Counted from the first letter of the stretch, positions 8,880 through 19,060 are shown. The stretch is 62,529 nucleotides of DNA from Nitrospirota bacterium (GCA_037441365.1 JBBISG010000005.1:1-62529), one strand, 5' to 3'. Notes: generated from the sequence alone by a model not told the origin. Numbers and translations are program-made.

Positions 8880-9993
8880 CAGTGCAGAGCTGAAAGAGAT
8901 TTCTTCTTTTGAAGGAAAGAATAGCTATTTTGTCAGTCTTTATCTTAATGTCGACCCGATGTTTAATAAAAGGGGCGACTATATGGTTCATTTCAAAAAC
9001 ATGATTAAGGATACAGTCGAGACACTTGACAGGGCAGTGTATAAGAGGGTGAGGGGCGATATAGAGAGGGTAGAAAACTATGTCCTCGCAAATAAGAGGA
9101 TGTTTAAAAAGGGTCTTGCCCTGTTCAGCTCTGAAGAGATTTCCTTCTGGAAGGAGTACCATCTCAACGTCCCTGTCAGAAACGAATTGATCATCGATAA
9201 GACCCCCTATACGAAACCCATGATGGATATCATGGACAATTACCAGAGGTATGCGGTACTGCTTGTGGATAAGGAATCTGCACGGATATTTGTGATTCAC
9301 CTTGGAGAGATCGTGGAGTATGGTGAGGTTCACACCCCTGATGTCCCTGGAAGGCACAAAAAGGGTGGGTGGTTTGCCCTTTCACAGAACCATTATGAAC
9401 GGCATATTGAACACCATGTCAGCCTTCATCTAAAGGATGTCGTTGAGAGGCTCGATTCCTTCATCACAGGAGAGTATATAGGGAGACTGATATTAGCGGG
9501 CTCTGACGAGACTGTCTCTGCGGTTAAGGGCATGCTGCACAGGACGGTGCGTGATAAAATCATCGGGGATGTAAAGTTAGAGATGTTTGCAAGGCCCGAT
9601 GAGGTGTTAAATAAGGTAGGGTCTGTTGTCCTTAACTTCGAGAAGATGAAAGAGGAAGAGACCGTCGAAAGCCTTATCGCACGGGCTATGAAGAATGAGG
9701 GCGCAGTACTGGGTCTCGAAAATGTGCTCAATGCCCTCCAGGAGCAAAGGGTGATGAAGCTTGTTTTAATAAAGGATTACAGGGCATCAGGGTATAACTG
9801 CACGTCATGCGGGTGTCTGAGCATTCAGCGGGTTGAGACGTGCCCTTACTGCGGCGGGAAGATTGATACCGTAGATTATATTGTTGATCTGGCAGGCGAA
9901 AGGGCGATTCAACAGGGCGCCCTTGTTGAGGTCGTTATTGAGAATAAAAGATTGTCAGATGCAGGCGGAATCGGTGCATTTCTGAGGTTTTGA
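8872..9993 (+). CDS. Bacterial archaeo-eukaryotic release factor (aeRF1/baeRF-like) family protein
   Basis: FVSLYLNVDP, GRHKKGGWFALSQNHYERH catalytic-loop-like segment, Zn ribbon CTSC...CPYC, C-terminal GGIGAFLRF. Confidence 0.85.
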   Translation: MLSSAELKEISSFEGKNSYFVSLYLNVDPMFNKRGDYMVHFKNMIKDTVETLDRAVYKRVRGDIERVENYVLANKRMFKKGLALFSSEEISFWKEYHLNVPVRNELIIDKTPYTKPMMDIMDNYQRYAVLLVDKESARIFVIHLGEIVEYGEVHTPDVPGRHKKGGWFALSQNHYERHIEHHVSLHLKDVVERLDSFITGEYIGRLILAGSDETVSAVKGMLHRTVRDKIIGDVKLEMFARPDEVLNKVGSVVLNFEKMKEEETVESLIARAMKNEGAVLGLENVLNALQEQRVMKLVLIKDYRASGYNCTSCGCLSIQRVETCPYCGGKIDTVDYIVDLAGERAIQQGALVEVVIENKRLSDAGGIGAFLRF

Positions 9994-9998
9994 AGATA

Positions 9999-10040
9999 AT
10001 ACAGCCCAGAAGGGCTATCTCATCCCTTCCTGGGCTGTAT
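9999..10040. terminator. Bidirectional hairpin between convergent genes
   Basis: ATACAGCCCAGAAGGG...CCCTTCCTGGGCTGTAT. Confidence 0.65.
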
Positions 10041-10057
10041 CCTGTCTGGCAAGCAAC

Positions 10058-11068
10058 CTACTTTATGAGTTTCTTCATCTGTTCCTGGAGTGCTTTTACA
10101 TCTCCCTCAAGTTTCTTGACCCTTGCAAAGTCAAACCATTGCTCATTTTCAACCGGATACTTTGTGAAGTGTGAACCCCATACTATCCAGGAATCGTCGT
10201 AGTTTGCAGGTTCCTTATAACCGAGGAGTCGCAGTTGAAGGTAAGTCTGTGTTGAGCGTGTCCCTGTCTGGCAGAGGGCTATTGTGCGCTTATTTTTGTC
10301 CAGGCTCTCATAATATTTTGCCACCCTGTCCGGGGACATAAATGGTGTCGGTACATCTTTGCCCGTCCTCGGGTCCTTCACATGGTCCCTCGTGTCTATA
10401 TGGGATACATTGATTGTTGTGTGAGGAATATGTCCTCCCCTCAGGGCGCGGATGTCTTCGCCATCATACTCAGCCTTTGTTCTGGCATCAATAACCTGAA
10501 TACCCTTTTTTGCACCCTTTGCTATCTGTAGCATCTCATCCGATGTGGCGATCCTGCTTTTTACAACCTTTGCCTTGAAGGCCTTTTCAGGCTTTATCGT
10601 CGGCTCTGTTGCAAGCTTCTTGCCTGCCTTTGTCCATGCATCAAGACCGCCATTTAAGACATGGGTCTTGCCGTCATGACCGAGATATTCAAGAACCCAG
10701 AATGCCACTGTTGCACTTTCCATAGTCTTTGCATCGCCATATGTAACAACATGGGTGTCGTTGCCTATACCGAGTTTGCCGAGTATCTTTTCGTATTTCG
10801 ATACATTATGAAAGACCCTTGATGTGCCGTCTCTCAGTGCCTTTGAGCATGGCTTGCCCATGCTTATAGCCCCTGGTATATGGCCCTTTGTGTAAGAGTC
10901 AAGATCCCTGCAGTCAATGACCACCCAGTCAGGTTTTGTGATATTCTTTTCGACCACATCGGGTGTCACGAGCAGGTCAGGGTGAGCCCACTGGGCAGCA
11001 TCGGCCATTCCGATGGATGCCACCAGCAAAATGCATAAAACAAATACCAAAACCAAACTGCGCCTCAT
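10058..11068 (-). CDS. Secreted tandem-domain rhodanese (thiosulfate/3-mercaptopyruvate sulfurtransferase family)
   Basis: Sec signal peptide, GHIPGA, LNGGLDAW, active-site CQTGTRS, YDDSW. Confidence 0.9.
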   Translation of the reverse strand: MRRSLVLVFVLCILLVASIGMADAAQWAHPDLLVTPDVVEKNITKPDWVVIDCRDLDSYTKGHIPGAISMGKPCSKALRDGTSRVFHNVSKYEKILGKLGIGNDTHVVTYGDAKTMESATVAFWVLEYLGHDGKTHVLNGGLDAWTKAGKKLATEPTIKPEKAFKAKVVKSRIATSDEMLQIAKGAKKGIQVIDARTKAEYDGEDIRALRGGHIPHTTINVSHIDTRDHVKDPRTGKDVPTPFMSPDRVAKYYESLDKNKRTIALCQTGTRSTQTYLQLRLLGYKEPANYDDSWIVWGSHFTKYPVENEQWFDFARVKKLEGDVKALQEQMKKLIK

Positions 11069-11181
11069 AACTTCTTACCTCCTTCTAAGTTTAAGATTCA
11101 GGTTCTCTAAATGAGAACTCTCTGGAATTTTATATCAGTATTATATCTGAGGTGCAACATTTTCTTATCATCCCTAGAGTA

Positions 11182-11197
11182 AGCAAGATTTATGCCA
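11182..11197 (-). promoter_or_regulatory. Sigma54 -24/-12 promoter of the rhodanese gene
   Basis: Minus strand TGGCATAAATCTTGCT matches TGGCA-N6-TTGC spacing. Confidence 0.8.
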
Positions 11198-11238
11198 TAT
11201 CAATACTATTCACCTTTCTGGTCTTTATTGTATATTAC

Positions 11239-11287
11239 CTGTTCTGAACGGCACAGAAGGGCTAACCTGCTGTGCTAAAAGGGACAG
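11239..11287. promoter_or_regulatory. Two enhancer (UAS) sites CTGT-N10-ACAG
   Basis: CTGTTCTGAACGGCACAG (11239-11256) and CTGTGCTAAAAGGGACAG (11270-11287). Confidence 0.65.
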
Positions 11288-11342
11288 TTATCTTCTCTTA
11301 TAACCGCTTACTGCCAGGCATCGGAGTATTTTATAATAAGAC

Positions 11343-12359
11343 ATGAATCGCTCCATATCTGTTATTATCCCGAACCGAAATGGCAGTGCTACAATTGAGA
11401 AGTGCCTCAATGCTGCCTTCTCGTCCAGGTATGATAACCTTGAGGTTATTGTAGTCGATGACTGTTCAGAGGACAGATCAGTAGAGGTGATAGAGAAATT
11501 CCCCTGCAGACTCATCAGGCTGGAGAGACATTCAGGTGCTGCCAGGGCGAGGAACATCGGGGCATCCAGCAGCAGTGGCGAGATACTCTTCTTTACCGAT
11601 TCCGATTGCCTCCTGATGGAAGATACCCTGTCTACCATCAACAGGGTTATCAATGCCAACGGCGGACATACCGTTGTCGGCGGAACATACACTAAAGAGC
11701 CCTACGATAAAGGGTTTTTCAGCCACTTTCAGTCTGTATTTATCAATTACTCCGAGACAAAGAGGCAGGATAATCCTGATTATATTGCTGCTCATGCCAT
11801 GGCGATCAGTGCCGAGACATTCAGGGAAAGCGGAGGATTTTCAGAGGACTTCCTGCCTATTGCCGAGGATGTGGAATTCAGCCACAGGCTGAGAAGGGGT
11901 GGCTATAAGCTGATTGTAAGTCCTGACATACTCGTCAGGCATATATTCAATTACACACTTAAAGGCTCCCTCATAAACGCCTTCAGGAAATCCATGTTCT
12001 GGACTATCTATTCGCTTAAAAACAGGGACCTGTTTGCAGACTCAGGCACAGCATCTATAGGGCTCAAGGCAAATGTGACATCATTCTTTATCAGCGTCTT
12101 TTTAATACTGTTATTTCTCATTTCTGATAAGGTCGTTTTCCTTTCCATGCTGCCTTTAATCCTTATTGCCAATCTCGCTACAAACAGTGCCCTGATCACC
12201 GCCTTTTACCGCGCTAAGGGTATCTTTTTTGCTATTGCTTCAGTGTTATACTACATGATGCTCTATCCTCTGCCTGTAGGGCTGGGTGCCATTGCTGGTG
12301 TATTAAAATACCCTTTCTCGAAGAATTTATTCGGCAGGACTAAGGGGTGTGAGGGCTGA
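11343..12359 (+). CDS. Glycosyltransferase family 2 with C-terminal TM helices
   Basis: ISVIIP, VVDDCSED, AARARNIG, FTDSD, AEDVEF. Confidence 0.9.
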   Translation: MNRSISVIIPNRNGSATIEKCLNAAFSSRYDNLEVIVVDDCSEDRSVEVIEKFPCRLIRLERHSGAARARNIGASSSSGEILFFTDSDCLLMEDTLSTINRVINANGGHTVVGGTYTKEPYDKGFFSHFQSVFINYSETKRQDNPDYIAAHAMAISAETFRESGGFSEDFLPIAEDVEFSHRLRRGGYKLIVSPDILVRHIFNYTLKGSLINAFRKSMFWTIYSLKNRDLFADSGTASIGLKANVTSFFISVFLILLFLISDKVVFLSMLPLILIANLATNSALITAFYRAKGIFFAIASVLYYMMLYPLPVGLGAIAGVLKYPFSKNLFGRTKGCEG

Positions 12360-12361
12360 AG

Positions 12362-13456
12362 ATGTATTCACCCTTCCGTCATATAGATTCGGTTCTCAGG
12401 AAGGATAAGATAATCCAGCTTACCTTCTTCTTAACGAAGAGATGCAATCTCAGATGTCCCTTCTGTTTCTATGTTAACGGCAGAAACATAAATAGTTCCG
12501 ATGAACTATCACTGGATGAAATTGAAAGGCTCTCACGCTCCATGGGTGATCTCCTCTGGCTCGCCTTTTCAGGAGGGGAGATTTATCTCAGAGATGACCT
12601 TGTCGAGGTAAGCAGGGTCTTCTACAGAAACAACAGGCCGGCCATAATGCTTTTTCCCACAAATGGGATGCTTCCCGGGCTTATAAGGGAAAAGACTGAA
12701 GAGATACTGCGAGAATGCAAAGAAAGTGTAATCGTTCTGAAGCTCTCACTCGACGGGCTGAATGAAAGACACGATGAACTACGCGGCAGGAGCGGCTGCT
12801 TTGATAATGTAATAACCACCTATAGGCTGCTCGAAGGACTGATAGATAAATACCCCAATTTCGAACTCGGGATCAACACGGTCTTCTGCTCTAAAAACCA
12901 GGATGACATGGGCGGGATAATCGATTTTGTGAGCAGCCTGAAGAATGTGAAGACCCACACAATCTCGATGGTCAGGGGAGATATCAGTGATGCGAGTTAT
13001 AGGGATGTGGATTATGAGAAGTACAAAGGTGCAATAGAGAGGCTTGAGAAGAATCTGAAGAATAAGCCCTCTAATAGATACCGCTTCAGGGGCGCCCGCA
13101 TCAAGGCTGCGCAGGATATCCTGCAGCGCCGTCTGATACATAAGACAGCAACCGAGAAAAAGAGGCCCATCCCATGTTATGCAGGCAGGCTGAATATCGT
13201 TCTGACAGAGACAGGAGATGTCTATCCCTGTGAGATAATCAGAGAATCCCTCGGCAATATAAAAGAGCATGGTTATGATATCGGCAATCTGATTCGGTCA
13301 GGTAGAACAGGAAGGGTCATTAACTCGATAAAAAACAACCAGTGCTACTGCACCCATGAATGTTACTTCATGACTAATATTCTTTTTAATCCCTTATTAT
13401 ACCCTGCGCTTTTAAAGGAATATATGGGGCTTATCCTCAGCCCTCTCCCCGACTGA
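12362..13456 (+). CDS. Radical SAM enzyme with twitch/SPASM-like auxiliary cluster domain
   Basis: CNLRCPFC, SGGE, C-terminal CYAG...VYPCE...CYCTHEC. Confidence 0.9.
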   Translation: MYSPFRHIDSVLRKDKIIQLTFFLTKRCNLRCPFCFYVNGRNINSSDELSLDEIERLSRSMGDLLWLAFSGGEIYLRDDLVEVSRVFYRNNRPAIMLFPTNGMLPGLIREKTEEILRECKESVIVLKLSLDGLNERHDELRGRSGCFDNVITTYRLLEGLIDKYPNFELGINTVFCSKNQDDMGGIIDFVSSLKNVKTHTISMVRGDISDASYRDVDYEKYKGAIERLEKNLKNKPSNRYRFRGARIKAAQDILQRRLIHKTATEKKRPIPCYAGRLNIVLTETGDVYPCEIIRESLGNIKEHGYDIGNLIRSGRTGRVINSIKNNQCYCTHECYFMTNILFNPLLYPALLKEYMGLILSPLPD

Positions 13457-14873
13457 AGACATCCCTCTTTACCCATAACCAGAAAAGGCTCCTGAGTCCT
13501 TTGAGGGTAGCCCTTAGATCATTGATATTTCTGGGGCCGAATATCCTCCTCAGGATAAATCTCGGTCTTGAGTAAAACCGCCTGAAGGCGATCTGCCTGA
13601 GTCTGACTATGTCTTCCTTTGTCATTGTATGAGGGATGAAGGCTGCACCCTGGTATGTAAAGTCAGTGAGGTCATCGGACATAGAGCCATATTTTTCGAT
13701 ATTGTCATGCAGCTCTGTGCCGGGGAATGGTGTAAGACAGTGGAAGTTTGCTACATCAGGGTCTAATTCGCATGCAAACTCTATAGTCTTGAGGGCGTCC
13801 TCATAGGTCTCACCCGGGATGCCGAAGATAAATGGGGTGAAGACCTTTAACCCAGCATCCTTAGCGGTCTTTACAGCCATGCGGGTCTGCTCAAGGGTTA
13901 TTCCTTTCCTGATCGCATTCAGGTTCTTCTGGACACCGCTCTCAGCCCCGAGGAGTATCGCCCAGCAGCCTGCCTCTTTAAATGCCCTCAGGAGCGGCTT
14001 ATCGACCTGATTGACACAGGCAGAGGCAAACCATGCGAAATCGAGCCTTCTTGCCTTTATCTCGAGGGCGAGGTTCATTGCACGCTCATAATCAGCGGCA
14101 AGGGTATCATCAATGAACTTTATCTCCCTGTAACCCTGACTCAGGCACAGATCTATCTCCTTCATAACATTTTCTATACTCCTGTATCTGATGCCGCTCT
14201 TCCTCTCTTTATCGATCTGGAAGCAGAACAGACACCTCCTGTTACACCCCCTGGATGTTATCATTACCGCAACTGGTCTTCTCCTGTATGTAGCAGGCGG
14301 GGGAATGTACCTGTCAGCATCATTCAGGAGTTCCCTGGCAGGGAAGGGGATTGAGTCAAGGTCTGTGATCAGCGGTCTTTCCGGATTCTTTATGATCCTG
14401 TCACCTTCCCTGAAGATCACACCCCTGACACCATTCAATCCACCGCCATTTGACAATCTATCTAAGACCTCTACAACGGTTATTTCACCCTCTCCTGTGA
14501 CGACTGCATCGACCCGCTCCGAATCCATAAGGCATTTATCCTTGACCGCTGTTGGGTAAGGGCCACCAACAGCAATGAATACATCGTCAAGTATTTCCTT
14601 TATATCCCTTGCGGTCATGACAGCCTTCTTCCATCCAAAGGTAGTCGAGTATATCCCCACAAAGGCAGGTCTGTATTCAGAGATAGAGCGTAGTATCCTG
14701 TCATGTGTCATAAATGCCCCATTAAGGAACCTGACATCATGCCCTGCCTTTAAAAGCGATGATGCGACATAGAGGGTTCCGAGCGGCTGCCAGTAATTTA
14801 TCTGGGAGCCTGCAGTCCTGGCAGGGAAGATATCCTCCGGCACCCACGATGGTATGATAAGGGCGCATTTCAT
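13437..14873 (-). CDS. Cobalamin-binding radical SAM enzyme (class B methyltransferase-like)
   Basis: PLGTLYVAS, VGGPYPT, GEGE, SRGCNRRCLFC. Confidence 0.9.
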   Translation of the reverse strand: MKCALIIPSWVPEDIFPARTAGSQINYWQPLGTLYVASSLLKAGHDVRFLNGAFMTHDRILRSISEYRPAFVGIYSTTFGWKKAVMTARDIKEILDDVFIAVGGPYPTAVKDKCLMDSERVDAVVTGEGEITVVEVLDRLSNGGGLNGVRGVIFREGDRIIKNPERPLITDLDSIPFPARELLNDADRYIPPPATYRRRPVAVMITSRGCNRRCLFCFQIDKERKSGIRYRSIENVMKEIDLCLSQGYREIKFIDDTLAADYERAMNLALEIKARRLDFAWFASACVNQVDKPLLRAFKEAGCWAILLGAESGVQKNLNAIRKGITLEQTRMAVKTAKDAGLKVFTPFIFGIPGETYEDALKTIEFACELDPDVANFHCLTPFPGTELHDNIEKYGSMSDDLTDFTYQGAAFIPHTMTKEDIVRLRQIAFRRFYSRPRFILRRIFGPRNINDLRATLKGLRSLFWLWVKRDVFSRGEG

Positions 14874-14875
14874 GC

Positions 14876-16270
14876 CTATGCCCCTGAAGGCAGGGGTTCC
14901 CTTTGCTGCCTTATTTTCAAGATGCCATTAGCTGCCTCGATGCCTGACTCTATTGCGTGGTCCATATTGAGGTATCTGAACATCCCTCCCCTGCCAGCGA
15001 TGTGGAGGTTTTTAAACTTACTCAAGTAATGGAGAACCCTGAGGCGGTGTTTGCCATAGTCGAGGTCTAAGAGGGGATATGCCTTAGGCACCCGGACAAC
15101 GCAACCGCCAATGACGTCATGCCTCATAATAAATCCTGATTTCTCAAGATAATCCACTGTAGTAGAGATCAGTTTTTCATCGTCACAGCTCCATATCTTA
15201 TCTCCTCTGAAGCAAAAATACTCTGCCACGAGGTGCGTCTTCCCCTCAGGCGCCATACATGGACTCCAGTTCTTCGGCTCATGTATCCTTCCAAACGGGA
15301 TGCCTCTCTCAGGCAAATACATCCATGTAAGGTCTGTGACCCTATCACAGTTAAGCATTATGGCCACAATTATGAGATCTCTATAATTAAGTCTGGCCGC
15401 TGCCTCCATCACATCTTCAGGTGCCGCTGGCTGAAGCCTCTCTATCAGGTTTGTGAGGGGGATGCTCGAAACAAACTCATCGCCTTCAATGCTGTACACC
15501 GATTTACCATCCCTGACAGTCACGCCTTTTATAGAGAAGTCTTTATGATAGACCCGTATAACACTGACATTTGTTAACAAACGGTTTCCCCTCTCGATTT
15601 GTTTCTTCAGACCCTCAGCGATCTGACCTATACCCATCCTCGGATAGATAAAACTATCAGCGAGGGTCGGTATCCCCCTTCCGCTAACCCTGAAAAAGGC
15701 ATTTTTAATCGCCTCCCATAGAGATAGCCCCTTAATCCTCTGAGCAACCCACTGCTTGCTTATGCAACTACAGTCCACCCCCCACACCTTTTCGCTGTAC
15801 TGTTTGAAATAGATATCAAACATCTTACGACCGAACTGATTTATAACCCAATCCTCAAGAGAAACGATTTCATGAGGCTTTACTGCATTCCTGAACTTCT
15901 CCTTAAAATAATCGTAGATGATCTTTAAGGTAGTAAAGGCCCCAAGGCCGAAGATGGCGTTCATGGGTTTTAGAGGATAGTCAAAGTACTTCCCGGACAT
16001 GTATATCTTGCTCTTTCGGTGGACAGTGAGGAAATCGTTTCTCAGGACATCCCTGACAAGTTGTTCTATTTCCCTGTTTTTTGTGAGAAACCTGTGACCC
16101 CCCAGGTCGAACCTGAAGCCGTTGTGATTTATGGTCTTTGCCAGACCACCCACAGAGGAATCCCTCTCAATGAGGATGACCTCACGTCCTGACCTGGAAA
16201 GGATGTAGCCTGCAGATAGACCTGATAGCCCCCCCCCGAAAATGACTATCTCGGTGTTTCTGTGGTGCAT
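14876..16270 (-). CDS. FAD-dependent oxidoreductase (protoporphyrinogen oxidase/UDP-galactopyranose mutase-like superfamily)
   Basis: GGGLSGLSAG, VGGLAKT, FDLGGHRF, GRGGMFRYLNMDHAI. Confidence 0.85.
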   Translation of the reverse strand: MHHRNTEIVIFGGGLSGLSAGYILSRSGREVILIERDSSVGGLAKTINHNGFRFDLGGHRFLTKNREIEQLVRDVLRNDFLTVHRKSKIYMSGKYFDYPLKPMNAIFGLGAFTTLKIIYDYFKEKFRNAVKPHEIVSLEDWVINQFGRKMFDIYFKQYSEKVWGVDCSCISKQWVAQRIKGLSLWEAIKNAFFRVSGRGIPTLADSFIYPRMGIGQIAEGLKKQIERGNRLLTNVSVIRVYHKDFSIKGVTVRDGKSVYSIEGDEFVSSIPLTNLIERLQPAAPEDVMEAAARLNYRDLIIVAIMLNCDRVTDLTWMYLPERGIPFGRIHEPKNWSPCMAPEGKTHLVAEYFCFRGDKIWSCDDEKLISTTVDYLEKSGFIMRHDVIGGCVVRVPKAYPLLDLDYGKHRLRVLHYLSKFKNLHIAGRGGMFRYLNMDHAIESGIEAANGILKIRQQREPLPSGA

Positions 16271-16348
16271 TGATTCAGGTTCTCAATCCGAGGTGCAAGG
16301 AGATAAACAGAAAGGGAATAGTATCTACCCCTCGCTTTAAATCAATAA

Positions 16349-16813
16349 TCATCTCGCTATCAATACTGAGACATCAGCATTATTTGCCACCTCTCTGCTG
16401 ACGCTTCCAAGAAGGAGCGAATGCATCCTCTTCCCCCTTGAGCCGATGATTATCATATCAGCGTCTTCTTCCTTTGCGGCGTTCAGGATCTCCTCTGCAG
16501 CATAGCCCCTTTTCACAAGGGTCTTAATTCCCGATACCCCGTGCTCTTCGAGGAATTTTTTTGCATACTCAAGGATCATTGCTGATTTTCTGTCCATCGC
16601 CTCCTTAACATCTGCACCCTCGAATGTCTCATTCAACATCTCATTCAGGGCAGACCAATCAGTGTCGCTGATATAATGCATCGCTGACCTGCCGCCAAGC
16701 TGCTGGACATTAAGGAGGACGACCGATTCCACGCACGGAGACATATCAAGGAATACCTCGAGGGCACGCTTGGAGCCCTTAAACTCGTCTATAGCGATCA
16801 ATAGCTTTTTCAT
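16349..16813 (-). CDS. Universal stress protein
   Basis: DMIIIGSRG...LLGSVSREV. Confidence 0.9.
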   Translation of the reverse strand: MKKLLIAIDEFKGSKRALEVFLDMSPCVESVVLLNVQQLGGRSAMHYISDTDWSALNEMLNETFEGADVKEAMDRKSAMILEYAKKFLEEHGVSGIKTLVKRGYAAEEILNAAKEEDADMIIIGSRGKRMHSLLLGSVSREVANNADVSVLIAR

Positions 16814-16837
16814 CCCACCTCCTTTTTAATTGGAAGG

Positions 16838-17092
16838 TTACTTGTATAGCTCCTTGTAGTATTCCTCCATATCCTTACTTATGCCCTTAGAAGGCGCTGC
16901 AGGCACCCCTGCCGGTGCCCCATAGCCGCCTGCAGAAGGTGTCCCTCCTGGTGCCCCATAACCCCCTGCGGCAGGCGCCCCTGCTCCCATACCTACCCTT
17001 TTGTAACCTGTGTATGAGGAGACGCTATAGCCTATCAAGAATCCTAAAAATGCCGCAACAATGACGATTATAACCCAGAGACTGTTTTTCAT
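16838..17092 (-). CDS. Small membrane-anchored Gly/Ala/Pro-rich protein with AGGYGAP repeats
   Basis: N-terminal TM helix, two AGGYGAP units, AGGAGG RBS upstream. Confidence 0.75.
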   Translation of the reverse strand: MKNSLWVIIVIVAAFLGFLIGYSVSSYTGYKRVGMGAGAPAAGGYGAPGGTPSAGGYGAPAGVPAAPSKGISKDMEEYYKELYK

Positions 17093-17111
17093 TTATCCTC
17101 CTTGAGAATCC

Positions 17112-17363
17112 TCATTTCTTTTTAATCTTCCACACAAATTTGCCGCTGTTAGAATGCCTTTCAACGATCTCATTACCGCTTGCATCGCACATTGCGGAAA
17201 TGGATTCCGCTGAAGAAGGGTTGTCGAATACAACCTCCAGAACATCTCCAGCCTTGATCTTTTCGAGGGCCTTCTTTGTGTATATCTGAGGATGGGGACA
17301 GACGTATCCCTGGACATCGAGCATATAAAGCCCTTCGCCTTTCTTCTCAAACTTCATCGCCAT
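17112..17363 (-). CDS. tusA: TusA family sulfur carrier
   Basis: LDVQGYVCPHP (CPxP), GDVLEV. Confidence 0.9.
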   Translation of the reverse strand: MAMKFEKKGEGLYMLDVQGYVCPHPQIYTKKALEKIKAGDVLEVVFDNPSSAESISAMCDASGNEIVERHSNSGKFVWKIKKK

Positions 17364-17398
17364 GGGTTACCTCCTTTATCACAGAATTTTAATTTATA

Positions 17399-18829
17399 CT
17401 AAAGCTCAAGTGCTGCCATCTCTCTTGCGAGTCTTCTCTCTGTATACCAGTTAAAAAACTTTACACCTATAAAGGCACCTGCTATCATACCTATGCCAAA
17501 TAACCAGCCTGATGGGTTCCCATTAGAAACCCTTATGAAGAATGCCCCCACATTGCATCCGAGGGCAAGTCTCGAACCTATGCCCATGAGTGCGCCACCA
17601 ATAACAGCCCAGACCACAAGTTCCCTTGTCGGCTTCTTCCATTTGAATTCATTAAAAAGAAGTGCCATTACAGCAGCTCCTCCGATGAGGGCGATTGTCA
17701 TCCAGTCAGCCGGATTAAAGAGGGGGTTTGGGATGCCATTGTTAAGTCCAAAGAAGATATTGTCCATATTGTTCCAGCCGAGTTTGTGCAGCACCCATCC
17801 GACCCACTGTGCCTCCTGCGTTGTGATATACCAGTACCCCGGGTCAAAGACAGTCCCGGCAATCGATAAACCGAAGTCTAATTTTAATTCTCTGAGAATA
17901 GCACCGAAGTTCTGGATGCCGAACTTAAGACGAAGACCCTGAATGACGAACATATGGAGTCCACTTGCAATCCCAAGAACAAGACCTGCAATGGCTGTCC
18001 TCTTTGATGCCGTTATCATGTTCCAGTAACCTGCGATGTCGTCCTTGAGGCCCCTCTTTCCACCTGCCACTTCCATCCTCTTCTTTAAGAAGTTTTTTCT
18101 TACCCAGATGAGATAGACGCCGAGGAGCAGGAGCGCTGCAGGTATGATAACGCCTATAAGAGTGTTTGCTATAAAGGCGCCTGTCAACGAAGTATCTGAC
18201 AGGCCCATGAAAGTGGCAAATGTGCCCTTAGGGTGATTCCAGACATAGCCGGCGAGATACTGGTCAACCCAGCCATCTAAGGGTGTGATAGATGCAGGCA
18301 GGTTTTTGGCCGCAGCAGATTCTGTCCATGATCTCGGGACGAGCTTGTTTGCCCAACCGCCGATATCCACAAATATCGCCTGGGTGATGCTGATTGAGAG
18401 TAAAACTACCATGGCGACGCCATTACCCTCCCCTGTCTTATAGAGGGACCCTGATGCGCATCCCCCGGCAAATACCATCCCGATCCCGAAAAAAAGCCCG
18501 CCTATTATCATAAAGATGCCAACTGGAGCGGAATGAAAGGTGCTCATCTCTGTGACGTTTACCGCTGCCGAGACAAAGGCAAAGAATACCATGGCTATCA
18601 TTATACCTACGACCATCCTCGGAACGCCTACAGCAAAGAGGTCTCTGAACGCAGAGGCAAAGCAGAACCTTCCGTACTGAAGGCACATGCCGTAGATAAA
18701 TCCGAACCAGAGATAGGCTATAAGATAGATATAAAACTCACTCAACGCATACGTCCACGCACTCACCAATATGAGGAACCCAACGATTATAAATGCCCAC
18801 CTTCGGTTCTTTCTCTCTTTTTCTTCCAT
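17399..18829 (-). CDS. YeeE/YedE family sulfur-compound (thiosulfate) transporter
   Basis: Three conserved Cys motifs: GRFCF, AGGCASG, ALGCNVG. Confidence 0.9.
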   Translation of the reverse strand: MEEKERKNRRWAFIIVGFLILVSAWTYALSEFYIYLIAYLWFGFIYGMCLQYGRFCFASAFRDLFAVGVPRMVVGIMIAMVFFAFVSAAVNVTEMSTFHSAPVGIFMIIGGLFFGIGMVFAGGCASGSLYKTGEGNGVAMVVLLSISITQAIFVDIGGWANKLVPRSWTESAAAKNLPASITPLDGWVDQYLAGYVWNHPKGTFATFMGLSDTSLTGAFIANTLIGVIIPAALLLLGVYLIWVRKNFLKKRMEVAGGKRGLKDDIAGYWNMITASKRTAIAGLVLGIASGLHMFVIQGLRLKFGIQNFGAILRELKLDFGLSIAGTVFDPGYWYITTQEAQWVGWVLHKLGWNNMDNIFFGLNNGIPNPLFNPADWMTIALIGGAAVMALLFNEFKWKKPTRELVVWAVIGGALMGIGSRLALGCNVGAFFIRVSNGNPSGWLFGIGMIAGAFIGVKFFNWYTERRLAREMAALEL

Positions 18830-18873
18830 ATGTGTTACCTCCTCCTTTTATGGCTTAGCCAGCTTTTTATAGA

Positions 18874-18889
18874 AGCAAGGTCCATGCCA
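18874..18889 (-). promoter_or_regulatory. Sigma54 -24/-12 promoter of the yeeE-tusA operon
   Basis: Minus strand TGGCATGGACCTTGCT. Confidence 0.8.
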
Positions 18890-18983
18890 ATACAGTCATA
18901 ATCTTTATAAATCTATCTTATCTGTACCTTGCCTGTCAATGATCCCGCTCAACCTGATGAATCGGTATAATAACGCCCATTGC

Positions 18984-19052
18984 CTGTCCCAAAGGAGATA
19001 AAATCCGATCACCGTGTCCTTTATGGATTGTCGCTGTCCCAAAAGGGACAGC
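18984..19052. promoter_or_regulatory. Enhancer (UAS) sites
   Basis: Perfect palindrome GCTGTCCC-AAAA-GGGACAGC (19033-19052) and degenerate CTGTCCCAAAGGAGATAA (18984-19001); same family as 11239-11287. Confidence 0.7.
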
Positions 19053-19060
19053 AAGGCTCC

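Noticed and set aside
19033-19052. Palindrome as an intrinsic terminator of the GT-C gene
   Set aside because: No U-tract, and the motif recurs upstream of another sigma54 promoter, so an enhancer is preferred; a dual role is not excluded.
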